Shown here: positions 1 through 10,300 of the stretch, piece by piece
Layout: every line of letters starts with the position of its first letter
Position numbering within the stretch: the first letter of the stretch is position 1
Source: a virus
Direction: 5' to 3' (one strand)
IMG/VR virus record: IMGVR_UViG_3300025782_000011
Span: 2,214 to 66,213 of that record
DNA: 64,000 bases
The notes under the pieces: generated by a model
Database searches by the model: none
What the model was told of the DNA's origin: nothing
What the model saw: the letters and a program-made list of their open reading frames with translations, nothing else
Program-made: the position numbers and the translations under genes

Positions 1-58
1 TAATCAATTCACTGGCGCCGTAACATCGGTCTAACTAATTAACGAAAGGAATCTCTAG

Positions 59-976
59 ATGGCAACCCCAATGAGAAGTACGGACTTTCGTGCGGTAGTC
101 GAACCGATTATCAACGAAGTCTTTGATGGCGTTTATGAACAACGCGATGACGAATGGAAAGGCTTTGTAGAACAAATACAAGGTATTCCAAGAAACTACC
201 ATGAAGAAGTAATGCTCTTCGGTATGAACGCAGCTCCTGCTATGCCTGACGGCACACCAGTTAGCTACGATCAAGGCGGTACATTATATATCACACGTTT
301 TATCTACCAAATCTATGGTTTAGCATATGCTTTAACTAAAGTTTTGATGGAAGACGGTGATCATATCCGTATCGGTTCTACATTTGCTAAACACTTAGCT
401 CAATCTATGATTGAAACTAAAGAAACATTATGCGCTAACTTACTTAACTTCGCTTTCACAAGCGGTTACGTAGGTGGTGATGGTGTAACATTAGTTAGCA
501 CAGCTCACCCTATCGCTAACGGTGCTACATACAGCAACCAATTAAGCACAGCTGCTTCTTTATCACAAACATCAGTTGAGCAACTTTTAATTCAAATCCG
601 TTCAGCTGTTGACAACAATGGTAAACGTATCAGATTAAAAGCAGAACAATTAGTTGTTCCACCAGCACTTGAATTCCAAGCTGAAGTTATTCTTAAATCA
701 GTTTTACGTTCAGGTACTGCAGACAACGATTTGAACCCAATCAAGTCAACAGGTATGTTACCTAATGGTGCACACGTTGTGACTCGTTTAAGCTCATCAA
801 AAGCTTGGTGGATTCAAACAGACGCAGAAAACGGTCTCATGTTAGTAATGCGCCGTCCAATGGAGAAATCTATGGAAGGTGACTTCGAAACAGACTCAAT
901 GCGTTACAAAGCTACAGAACGTTACGCCACGGGCTGGCACGATGCTCGTAACATCTACGGTACAGCAGGTCTATAA
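59..976 (+). CDS. major capsid protein
   Basis: 305 aa, RBS AAGGA, followed by a strong terminator. Capsid-type motifs (LVVPPALEF, GDFETDSMRYKATERY). The portal, GroES and scaffold genes at the window end would precede it on a circular map. Confidence 0.85.
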   Translation: MATPMRSTDFRAVVEPIINEVFDGVYEQRDDEWKGFVEQIQGIPRNYHEEVMLFGMNAAPAMPDGTPVSYDQGGTLYITRFIYQIYGLAYALTKVLMEDGDHIRIGSTFAKHLAQSMIETKETLCANLLNFAFTSGYVGGDGVTLVSTAHPIANGATYSNQLSTAASLSQTSVEQLLIQIRSAVDNNGKRIRLKAEQLVVPPALEFQAEVILKSVLRSGTADNDLNPIKSTGMLPNGAHVVTRLSSSKAWWIQTDAENGLMLVMRRPMEKSMEGDFETDSMRYKATERYATGWHDARNIYGTAGL

Positions 977-993
977 TCATTACGATGATTGTG

Positions 994-1022
994 AAAAAGC
1001 CAGTGTAAAAACTGGCTTTTTT
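994..1022 (+). terminator. intrinsic terminator, probably bidirectional
   Basis: AAAAAGCCAGT-gtaaaa-ACTGGCTTTTTT immediately after the capsid gene. Confidence 0.85.
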
Positions 1023-1038
1023 GTTATATAATATCAAT

Positions 1039-1515
1039 ATGAAAATAATTACAAGACAAGAAGCACTTAAACAAAATTTAAAAAAATACTTTACTGGATT
1101 ACCATGTAAAAATAATCATATTGCAGAAAAAAGAACAAACAATAGAACGTGTATTGAATGTTTAAATATCTTAAAAAGAAATTGGTCTAATAAACCAGAT
1201 GTAAAAGCAAGAGGATTAAAAAGATTAAATGCTTATGATAAACAATATCCAGATCGCCACTTAGCTAGAACACGAAAACGTCAATTAGCTAAATTAAATA
1301 GAATTCCAAAATGGTTAACTGAATCTGATTGGTTAAACATTAAATGTAAATACTCAGTGGCCAATATGCTATCTCGAGAAAGTGGTAAAAAGTATCATGT
1401 CGACCACATTATCCCCTTACAGGGCAAACTGGTTTCTGGTTTGCATGTACCATCCAATATACGAGTCATTCCAGCGACGGAAAACGTCAAAAAATCAAAC
1501 AAGCACCTATTTTAG
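1039..1515 (+). CDS. HNH homing endonuclease
   Basis: HVDHIIPLQGKLVSGLHVPSNIRVIPATENVKKSN HNH motif and N-terminal CxxxH...CxxC. ATG 1039 is preferred over TTG 1021 because TATAAT lies at 1027-1032. Confidence 0.85.
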   Translation: MKIITRQEALKQNLKKYFTGLPCKNNHIAEKRTNNRTCIECLNILKRNWSNKPDVKARGLKRLNAYDKQYPDRHLARTRKRQLAKLNRIPKWLTESDWLNIKCKYSVANMLSRESGKKYHVDHIIPLQGKLVSGLHVPSNIRVIPATENVKKSNKHLF

Positions 1516-1545
1516 GGCGAAAACTATTAAAAATATGCATTAGTA
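1515..1545 (+). promoter_or_regulatory. phage promoter motif GGGCG-N16-TGCATTAGTA
   Basis: Exact copy of a motif recurring in intergenic positions upstream of genes. Confidence 0.75.
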
Positions 1546-1642
1546 GTGATAGGAAGATTTGCCTCCAACAGGGGCCCGTTACTTCCCGGGTCTACGATCT
1601 AGCGACTGAGTGAGGCTATAAACTCTAGATAGGAAAATTCAA

Positions 1643-2215
1643 ATGTCAGTAACATTTAACCAACCAATTCGCGTTTACAAGTACAATAATCCAACAAACA
1701 ATGGAACAATTGCACCTGATAATAGCGGTGCAGTATCAGCAACACAACAAAGCTATATTCTTAATCCAATTACAACTACAACAGCAAATACAACAGTATT
1801 TACAACAGCTGATGTAGGTCAAACAACAGCTACACCATTCGTATTACCAGCTGGTTCAATTATTAGTAATGTTCGTTTATTCCAAACAACAGCAGCAGCT
1901 AACTTAGCTGGTGGCGTTATCACTGTTGCAATTATTCAAACTAACCCAACAACAGGTGCTAATACAACAACCACAATCGGTACAATTACTCCAACAGCAG
2001 CTGGTGGCGTTATTCCAATCACATTTACATCTACTGCAGCAGTAGCAGCAATTTTAAATAACATTGGTACATTAGACGCTACATTAACATTTACAGCGGC
2101 TGCAGTATCTGTATTATCAAGTGGATCATTATCAGGTACATTTGATGTTAGCTATACAGCTCGTAACTATGATGGTTCTATCCTTAACGTAGGTCAAGGT
2201 TACACCAATTCTTAA
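1643..2215 (+). CDS. virion structural protein
   Basis: 190 aa, Thr/Ala-rich beta-type protein downstream of the capsid gene. Confidence 0.55.
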   Translation: MSVTFNQPIRVYKYNNPTNNGTIAPDNSGAVSATQQSYILNPITTTTANTTVFTTADVGQTTATPFVLPAGSIISNVRLFQTTAAANLAGGVITVAIIQTNPTTGANTTTTIGTITPTAAGGVIPITFTSTAAVAAILNNIGTLDATLTFTAAAVSVLSSGSLSGTFDVSYTARNYDGSILNVGQGYTNS

Positions 2216-2228
2216 TTAGGAGTAAACC

Positions 2229-2540
2229 ATGCGTGAAGTAGTCGTAACAGCAGACAGCTCTGGAAATACTCCAGCGGTTGTTTTAGATCAATATCTAACA
2301 CCTAATCATGTGACTTATGTAAGTAGCAACGGAAGTGCTACAGTACAAGTAACTGTGACAGATCCATACCCAGTCAACGCAAAGACTGGAGTATTTTCAA
2401 CTCCAACATTTACTTGGACAACAGCAGGAACCACTTATCCTAATGCAGCAGGCTTCTTAGGTCAGCCATATCGTGCAATTAGATTAACTGGTGGTGCTGC
2501 AGGTGACACATTAACGGTAATCCAAGCTGGCGTTAGATAA
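2229..2540 (+). CDS. putative virion protein
   Basis: RBS AGGAG, position in structural operon. Confidence 0.5.
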   Translation: MREVVVTADSSGNTPAVVLDQYLTPNHVTYVSSNGSATVQVTVTDPYPVNAKTGVFSTPTFTWTTAGTTYPNAAGFLGQPYRAIRLTGGAAGDTLTVIQAGVR

Positions 2541-2542
2541 TA

Positions 2543-3178
2543 ATGCCGGTTTATATCGACACACGAGGCAATTCCGTCTTATCAGTCGGCGTTTGCGATC
2601 GATGCAGTCGAAAATTTCCTTACGTAGACCTCATGCCAGACCCCAATTTTCCTGGCATGAGAGTTTGCAAGGATGACTTAGATAATTTTGACCCATGGCG
2701 TTTACCCGCCATACAAACAGAAAATATAGCGTTACGTTTTCCACGTCCTGATGTTAATATTGCACTCCCAGCGAGTCAAGTGTGGACAGAAAATGATAAT
2801 GCAATGTTTTTGGAAGGTATTCCACCATATTCTGGTGCTCAAGGTGATTTAGCAACTGGATCAAGTGCCGTATCAGGTAACTTACAACATCCTCCAGTGC
2901 CACAACCACCCGCAGTACCTGGTAATCCACCAATTGTACTTGGTGTATTGCCAAATAGTGGATCACATTTAGGAAATACAGCAGTTGTATTGCAAGGTTT
3001 ATATTTAACAGGCGTAACAGCCATTAATTTTGGTGGTACTAATGTGACAAGTTTCACAATAACCAATCAAAATAACATATCATTTAATACTCCAGCGGGA
3101 ACCGTTGGATCAATTACAATCACCGTAACTGGCCCTTATGGCACAGGACAAGGTGTAAACATATTCAGTTATACTTAA
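2543..3178 (+). CDS. phage protein with N-terminal CxxC domain and C-terminal IPT/TIG-like domain
   Basis: CDRCSRKF...VCKDD. The C-terminal part (PNSGSHLGNTAVVLQG...VTAINFGG...TPAGTVG...VTGPYG) has the IPT/TIG pattern. Confidence 0.6.
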   Translation: MPVYIDTRGNSVLSVGVCDRCSRKFPYVDLMPDPNFPGMRVCKDDLDNFDPWRLPAIQTENIALRFPRPDVNIALPASQVWTENDNAMFLEGIPPYSGAQGDLATGSSAVSGNLQHPPVPQPPAVPGNPPIVLGVLPNSGSHLGNTAVVLQGLYLTGVTAINFGGTNVTSFTITNQNNISFNTPAGTVGSITITVTGPYGTGQGVNIFSYT

Positions 3179-3194
3179 TTTAAGAGAATAGCAC

Positions 3195-6100
3195 ATGGAT
3201 CAACCGATATCGCAACTACCAGTCGCCTCCAGTATTACAGGATCGGAACTCACGGTAGTTGTTCAACAAGGCGTTACAAAACAAGCATCTGTATCACAGA
3301 TTGCTAACGCGGTATCTCCTGGTAAACTTATTACCAATGCAAATATTTTATCAAGTGGTGATTTATTCTTCAATTATAGCGATGGATCAACACAAGATGT
3401 AGGTCGTGTTGCTGCAAATGTAACCGTTGGCACCACAACAACATTAACACCAGGTGCTAATGCTACAGTTACCAATTCTGGTAATTCATCAAACGTTGTT
3501 TTAAATTTTGGTATTCCAACAGGTAACGCAGGCCCATCTGGTAATGCTGCAACTATTTCTGTCGGCACAACATCAACACTTTCACCAGGATCAAATGCCA
3601 CTGTAACAAATAGTGGTAATTCATCCGCAGCAGTATTTAACTTTGGTATTCCTCAAGGCGCGACTGGTAACACAGGCCCACAGGGTAATGCTGCAGCAGT
3701 TTATGTTAACTCAACCACTACATTATCTCCAGGCACACCAGCAAACGTTACCAACTCCGGTAACTCATCCGTAGCTCTCCTTAATTTCTTTGTTCCTGGT
3801 AGCCCAACCGTTAATGTTGGAACAACAACTACATTATCTCCAGGATCTAATGCATCAGTTACCAATAGTGGTAACGCATATGCTACCGTTTTAAATTTCA
3901 GTATTCCACAAGGCGCTACAGGTAATATTGGACCACAAGGTAATGCTGCAACCATTACCGTTGGTACTACAACAACACTTTCACCAGGATCAAATGCCAC
4001 TGTAACAAATAGTGGTAATTCATCCGCAGCAGTATTTAACTTCGGTATTCCTCAAGGTATAATAGGACCACAAGGTAATGCAGCCACTATAACAGTAGGT
4101 ACAACAACAACCGGCGTTGCAAATTCAAATGCATCTGTTACTAATAGTGGTAATTCATCAGCAGCCGTATTAAACTTCACTATTCCTGCAGGCCCATATA
4201 CCAATGTAACAGTTGGGAATACAACTACATTATCATATGGTTCAAATGCAACCGTAAATAATAGTGGTAATTCAACGACAGCAGTGTTTAATTTTGGTAT
4301 TCCGCAAGGTGCTCCAGGTACAGGTTTAGGATATTCAGGCACATGGAATGCATCAACAAATACACCAACACTTACATCAAGCGTAGGTACTCAAGGTAAC
4401 TACTATGTTGTATCTGTAGCAGGTACAACAAACTTAAATGGTGTTAATTTATGGTCAGTGGGTGACTGGGCATTATTTAATGGAACTGTTTGGGAAAAAT
4501 TATTAGGATCTCCTTCAGAAGCATTTAATACTATTACTGTAACAGGCCTCACAGGTTATATGTATGCAAACAATACATCAGCAGTTACCGCATCAACTAC
4601 TATTCCTACAACAGCATTAAGTGGCACTATCACCAATGCTCAATTAGCAAACAGTTCTATTACAGTAAATGGTACATCTATCAGTTTAGGTGGTAGTGGT
4701 ACCATTACAGCAAACACGACTAGTACATTAACCATTGGTACAGGACTCAGTGGCACAAGTTTCAATGGCTCATCTCCAGTTACAATTGCTTTAGCTAATA
4801 CTGCAGTTACGGCCGGATCATACACAAATGCAAACTTAACGGTTGATGCACAAGGTCGAATCACTGCTGCATCTAATGGATCTGCAGGTGGTGTAACATC
4901 ATTTCAAACAAGTTTAAGTGGATTATCACCAAGTACTTCAACCACTGGTGCTATTACTTTATCAGGTACTTTGGGTGTATCAAGTGGAGGAACAGGAGTT
5001 ACAACATCAAGTGGCGCTAACTCTGTCGTATTGAGAGATGCAAATGGAAACATTACCACAAACTGTTTATTTGAAGGATATGTTAACCAAGCTGCTTCAG
5101 GAACAACGATTGTATTAACTGCAAGCACAGTACAAAATTATGCTATTACTGGATCAGGTGGTCAAACTATTAAATTACCTGATGCAACCACATTACCTAA
5201 TGGCGCAACATTTACATTTAATAACAATCAATCATCAGGCACGATTGTTATTCAAAATAATTCATCTACAACAATTGCAACTATTCAATCAGGGTCTTAT
5301 ATTACTCTAGTTTTATTAAGCAATTCAAATGCAGCAGGTTCATGGGATTATCATAATTCACCACCATCTAACGCAAGCTGGTCTACAAACACACTATCAT
5401 GGGCTGGCAGTTACACAAACGGCACATGGAATGGCAATGTGATTGGATTAAATTATGGTGGCACTGGCGCTGCATTGACAGCCACAGCGGGAGGCATTGC
5501 ATACTCCAATGCGTCAGCTATTACATTATTAGCAGCAGGCACAAGTGGTCAGGTACTCACATCAGGAGGTACTGGTGCACCAGTCTGGGTAAACGCTAAC
5601 ACCGTTGGTGGCGTTACATCATTTAGTGCAGGATCAACTGGATTAACTCCAAACACAGCAACCACAGGCGCAATTACTTTAGGTGGAACACTTGGTACAG
5701 GCTACGGCGGTACTGGACTTACAACATTTACTGCAGCAAATAATGCAATCTATTCAACATCATCATCTGCACTCACTGCTGGTACATTACCAGTTGCAGC
5801 GGGTGGTACTGGATTAACATCATTAACTGCTAACTACATACCTTATGGTAATGGTACATCAGCACTTAGTTCAAGTGCTAATTTAACATACAATGGTACA
5901 ACATTTAGTTTAGGTGGTACGGGTACAAGTGCAAGATTTACTGGAGATTTTAGTAATGCTACAATTAGTACTAGACTTGCATTTGTAACAAACACAGTAA
6001 ATAGTGCAACAGGTATTTATGCATTACCTAACGGCACAGTATCAGGACAACAAGCATCGTGGCAAGCTGCAAATGCTGCTGATCCTACCAATGCATCTAA

Positions 6101-6479
6101 GATTTTAATTGCGGCAACAAGCACTGATGTTCAATTAGTATCAGGTATCAATGGTACAGGTACATATTTACCATTAAGTTTTTACACCAATAATACCCAA
6201 CAAAAACAAATTACCACAACAGGTGCATGGGTATTAGGTACAGGCACAACCAACTACGGTACCTCTGGCCAAGTATTAACATCATCTGGTAATGGTGTAC
6301 CAACATGGTCTAATGTAAATGCTTCTACAATAGTATCAACTGCAGGATCTGGAGCTACAAATTATATTATCTACGCATCATCAGCAACAGGAAACATAGC
6401 ACTTAACACAACCACGTCATTTACTTACAATGCCACAAACGGAACTATCACTGGCGGTATTAAAGGTGGAACATTTTAA
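3195..6479 (+). CDS. tail fibre protein
   Basis: 1094 aa. About seven VGTTTTLSPGSNATVTNSGNSSAAVFNFGIPQG repeats with short collagen-like GPQG linkers, GGTG repeats, ends GGTF. Confidence 0.8.
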   Translation: MDQPISQLPVASSITGSELTVVVQQGVTKQASVSQIANAVSPGKLITNANILSSGDLFFNYSDGSTQDVGRVAANVTVGTTTTLTPGANATVTNSGNSSNVVLNFGIPTGNAGPSGNAATISVGTTSTLSPGSNATVTNSGNSSAAVFNFGIPQGATGNTGPQGNAAAVYVNSTTTLSPGTPANVTNSGNSSVALLNFFVPGSPTVNVGTTTTLSPGSNASVTNSGNAYATVLNFSIPQGATGNIGPQGNAATITVGTTTTLSPGSNATVTNSGNSSAAVFNFGIPQGIIGPQGNAATITVGTTTTGVANSNASVTNSGNSSAAVLNFTIPAGPYTNVTVGNTTTLSYGSNATVNNSGNSTTAVFNFGIPQGAPGTGLGYSGTWNASTNTPTLTSSVGTQGNYYVVSVAGTTNLNGVNLWSVGDWALFNGTVWEKLLGSPSEAFNTITVTGLTGYMYANNTSAVTASTTIPTTALSGTITNAQLANSSITVNGTSISLGGSGTITANTTSTLTIGTGLSGTSFNGSSPVTIALANTAVTAGSYTNANLTVDAQGRITAASNGSAGGVTSFQTSLSGLSPSTSTTGAITLSGTLGVSSGGTGVTTSSGANSVVLRDANGNITTNCLFEGYVNQAASGTTIVLTASTVQNYAITGSGGQTIKLPDATTLPNGATFTFNNNQSSGTIVIQNNSSTTIATIQSGSYITLVLLSNSNAAGSWDYHNSPPSNASWSTNTLSWAGSYTNGTWNGNVIGLNYGGTGAALTATAGGIAYSNASAITLLAAGTSGQVLTSGGTGAPVWVNANTVGGVTSFSAGSTGLTPNTATTGAITLGGTLGTGYGGTGLTTFTAANNAIYSTSSSALTAGTLPVAAGGTGLTSLTANYIPYGNGTSALSSSANLTYNGTTFSLGGTGTSARFTGDFSNATISTRLAFVTNTVNSATGIYALPNGTVSGQQASWQAANAADPTNASKILIAATSTDVQLVSGINGTGTYLPLSFYTNNTQQKQITTTGAWVLGTGTTNYGTSGQVLTSSGNGVPTWSNVNASTIVSTAGSGATNYIIYASSATGNIALNTTTSFTYNATNGTITGGIKGGTF

Positions 6480-6486
6480 AAATATG

Positions 6487-6515
6487 TTGACAATTTTTAA
6501 TTTTTTAAATAAAAT
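6487..6515 (+). promoter_or_regulatory. sigma70-type promoter
   Basis: TTGACA-17 nt-TAAAAT upstream of the 6537 gene. Confidence 0.6.
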
Positions 6516-6536
6516 CGTAATTTAAAGGAAATATTT

Positions 6537-7301
6537 ATGGCACAATCAGGCTATACACCCATTGTACTTTACTACAGCACAACTTCTGGTAATGTTCCCA
6601 CATCGGCGAATTTAACCACAGGTGAACTCGCGCTTAATGTGCCCGATGGTAAACTATTTTTTAATCAATCTGGTACCATTGTAACACTCGCAACTGCAAA
6701 TAGTGTAACATCATTTAGTGCTGGAACAACAGGCTTAACACCAAGTTCAGCTACATCCGGAGCCATAACACTTGCAGGCACTTTGGCAATTGCCAATGGA
6801 GGAACAGGCGCTACTACTTTAGCAGGCGCTAATATTGCTGTAACATCTGCTGCAAGCACATTTACTGCTACACAAACATTTAGTGGTTCTACAAGCGTTC
6901 TTGCACAAGTAGTGACAAATGCCGCCGAAGTAACAACAGTATCAGCAACCGCTGCTACAGGCACAATTAACTACGACATATCAACACAATCAGTGTTGTA
7001 CTACACAACATCAGCATCAGCAAACTGGACAGTAAACTTTAGATTCAGTTCAGGCACATCATTAAATACTGCAATGTCTACAGGTCAATCAGTGACTGTT
7101 GTGTTTTTAGTATCGCAAGGCGCTACAGCTTACTACAACAATGCAATTACGATTGATGGCAATTCAGTCACACCTAAATATCAAGGTGGTACAGCATGGT
7201 CAAGTGGTAACGCATCAGGTGTTGATGCTTACTCATACACCATTGTTAAAACAGGTTCAGCCGCATTTACAGTATTTGCGTCACAAACACAATTCAAATA
7301 G
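6537..7301 (+). CDS. tail fibre / receptor-binding accessory protein
   Basis: N-terminal VPTSANLTTGELALNVPDGKLFF typical of fibre N-termini, GGTG repeat. Confidence 0.65.
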   Translation: MAQSGYTPIVLYYSTTSGNVPTSANLTTGELALNVPDGKLFFNQSGTIVTLATANSVTSFSAGTTGLTPSSATSGAITLAGTLAIANGGTGATTLAGANIAVTSAASTFTATQTFSGSTSVLAQVVTNAAEVTTVSATAATGTINYDISTQSVLYYTTSASANWTVNFRFSSGTSLNTAMSTGQSVTVVFLVSQGATAYYNNAITIDGNSVTPKYQGGTAWSSGNASGVDAYSYTIVKTGSAAFTVFASQTQFK

Positions 7302-7310
7302 GAATAGTTA

Positions 7311-10300
7311 ATGTCATTACTATCACGATTAGCGGTAGAAGCATCTAGAGCTTATGGATTCTTATCGTCTAACAAAAATAATGTATCTGCAAACTTTTTA
7401 GTTGTAGCTGGCGGTGGCGGTGGCGGTTCAGGCTATGATGCTGGCGGTGGTGGTGCTGGTGGGTATCAAACTTCATCTACAACATTATCCACACTTGTTA
7501 CATATACAGTTACAGTTGGTAGTGGTGGCGCAGCAGTATCAAATACAACAGGTGCAAATGGTTCAAATTCAGTTATATCAGGCACAGGATTAACAACAGT
7601 TACTTCCATAGGAGGCGGTGGTGGAGGAGGTTCTACTACAGGATCAACAGGAATTGGCTCTAATGGTGGTTCAGGCGGAGGCGGTGGATTTACAACTAGC
7701 GGAGCAGGCCTTGCAGGTGGAACAGGGACAAGTGGTCAAGGTAACAATGGTGGTCAAGGATTTACTACAGTAAGTGTTAGTGCTGCTGGTGGTGGTGGAG
7801 GTGGTGCTAGTGCTGTAGGAGCAAATGCAACATCTTCAGCTGCAGGTAACGGAGGAGCAGGCTCTTCTTCATCTATTAGTGGCTCATCCGTAACATACGC
7901 TGGTGGTGGTGGCGGTGGCGCTGATACTAGAGGAACAACTGCTGGAACAGGTGGTTCTGGCGGTGGAGGAAATGGTTCAACAGCAACAGGTGTAGCAGGA
8001 ACAACAAATCTTGGCGGTGGTGGCGGTGGTGGTGGCTATAATGGAGCAGCTAATAGTGGTGGTGCAGGCGGTTCAGGCATAGTCATCATATCTTACGCAT
8101 CTGCTACACCTAAATTCGTAGGTGGCACTCTTACTACTTCAGGTGGTAACCAAATTCACACATTCACATCTTCAGGCACATTAAGCCCTCTTACACCTGT
8201 AACAGCTAGTTATTTAGTCGTAGCTGGTGGTGGTGGTGGTGGATTTAATCAGGCTGGCGGTGGAGGTGCTGGTGGTCTTTTAACATCATCTACAACTTTA
8301 TATTCAGGTGCTACTTATGTAGTAACTGTAGGTGCAGGTGGAACAGGCGGAACAAGTGCAGGTGTTTCTGGTTCTGCTGGAGGAAATTCAGTTATATCAG
8401 GCACAGGTCTAACTACGCTTACTTCAACAGGTGGCGGTGGTGGAGGCGCATATAATACAGCTGCTACATCTGGTGGTTCAGGAGGTGGCGGTGGTGGTGG
8501 TAATAGCAACAATACAGGTGGTTCAGGAACTAGCGGTCAAGGATATGCAGGTGCAACATCAACAAATAATCAATCAGGTGGTGGTGGTGGTGCAGGTGGC
8601 GCAGGAGCTATAGGTGTAAGTTTGTCTGGAGGTGCTGGAGGAACAGGAGTAGCATCTTCAATAACTGGAGTATCTGTAAACTATGCAGGTGGAGGTGGTG
8701 GTGGTAATGCACAAAATTCAGGCTCTGGTGGAACTGCTACTTATGGTGGTGGTAACGGAGGAACTAATGCTAATGGAGTTTCAGGCACAACTAATTTAGG
8801 TGGTGGTGGTGGTGGTGGCGGTAATAATGCTTCTGTTGGTTTTGCTGGTGGCTCAGGCGGATCAGGTATTGTTATCATCTCATACGCTGGCTCACAAGTA
8901 TTTAACGGTGGTCTAGTCACATCATCAGGTGGTAATACTATCCACACATTTACAGCTACAGGTGCTTTAACACCACTTACTAATAACCTAAACAATTCTT
9001 TAAGGTTTAGATTAAGTGCATCTGCATATTTAAATAGAACTCCATCTCAAGCATCTAACAGAACTACTTATACTTGGAGTGCATGGGTTAAACGAGGTTC
9101 TTTAGGTAATTATTTTACTTTATTTGGTGCAGGAACAACAGCACCTACTTATGATGTTATTCGTTTTAATTCATCAGATCAATTAGAGTTTTTTACTGCA
9201 GGTGCAGCATCTGTTGATGTAGTTACATCTCAAGTATTTCGTGATCCTTCAGCTTGGTATCATATAGTTGTTGCTGTTGATACTACACAAGCAACTGCAG
9301 CTAATCGTGTTATGTTTTACATTAATGGTAATCAAGTAACTTCATTTGCCGCAGCAACTTATCCAACACAAAATTCTGTAAATTCAATTAATAATACAGT
9401 TCCTCATGCTGTAGGTGCTACTGCTGTTAATTCTACATTTAATACATATTTTGATGGATACATGGCTGACATTAACTTCATTGATGGCCAAGCCTTAGCA
9501 CCATATTACTTCGGTAACAATGACGCTAATCAAGTATGGAAACCAATTAAATACACAGGCACATACGGAACTAACGGTTTCTACTTAACATTTGGTAACA
9601 CAATATCTACCACAACATTAGGCTACGATAGTTCACCTAACGGTAATAATTGGACAACTAACAACATTAGCTTAACAGCAGGCACAACTTATGATGCTAT
9701 GACTGATGTTCCTACGCTAACAAGTGCGACTGTGGGTAATTACTGCACACTTAATCCTTTAGATAAATATTCAACTGTAACTACTTTAGCCGCTAATTTA
9801 CAATCAACAAGTGGAACTGCGTCAACTTGGACTGCTATTGCTGGATCATTTGCTGTGTCTAGTGGCAAATGGTATTGGGAATATACTGTTAATGCAACAG
9901 GAGTAGCAGATTATATGAATGGCATTATTTCCACTTCAGATAATATTTCTAATGCTTTGTTTCCTGGTCAAACATCTACATCTTATGGATATTATAGTGT
10001 TAATGGTCAAAAATATAACAATAACACAGGAACGTCTTATGGTGCAACTTATCAAACTGCTGGTGATATTGTTGGTGTTGCATTAGATTTAGATGGAGGA
10101 ACACTAACATTTTATAAAAATGGCACAAGTCAAGGAACTGCATTTACAGGAATATCAGGAACATTTAAACCAGCGTATTCATCTACTGCAACATCCACAG
10201 TAAATATTATTAACTTTGGACAAAGACCATTTTCTTACACACCTCCTACAGGCTATGTAGCACTAAACACATATAACCTACCTACCCCTACTATATTACA

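Noticed and set aside
1597-1630. Hammerhead ribozyme (CTGAGTGAG resembles CTGATGAG)
   Set aside because: The core does not match, and the GAAA and three-stem arrangement are missing.
3574-4057. Near-identical ~85-bp duplication in the tail fibre gene as a DGR template/variable pair
   Set aside because: Both copies are in-frame coding repeats, there is no adenine-specific divergence, and no reverse transcriptase is present.
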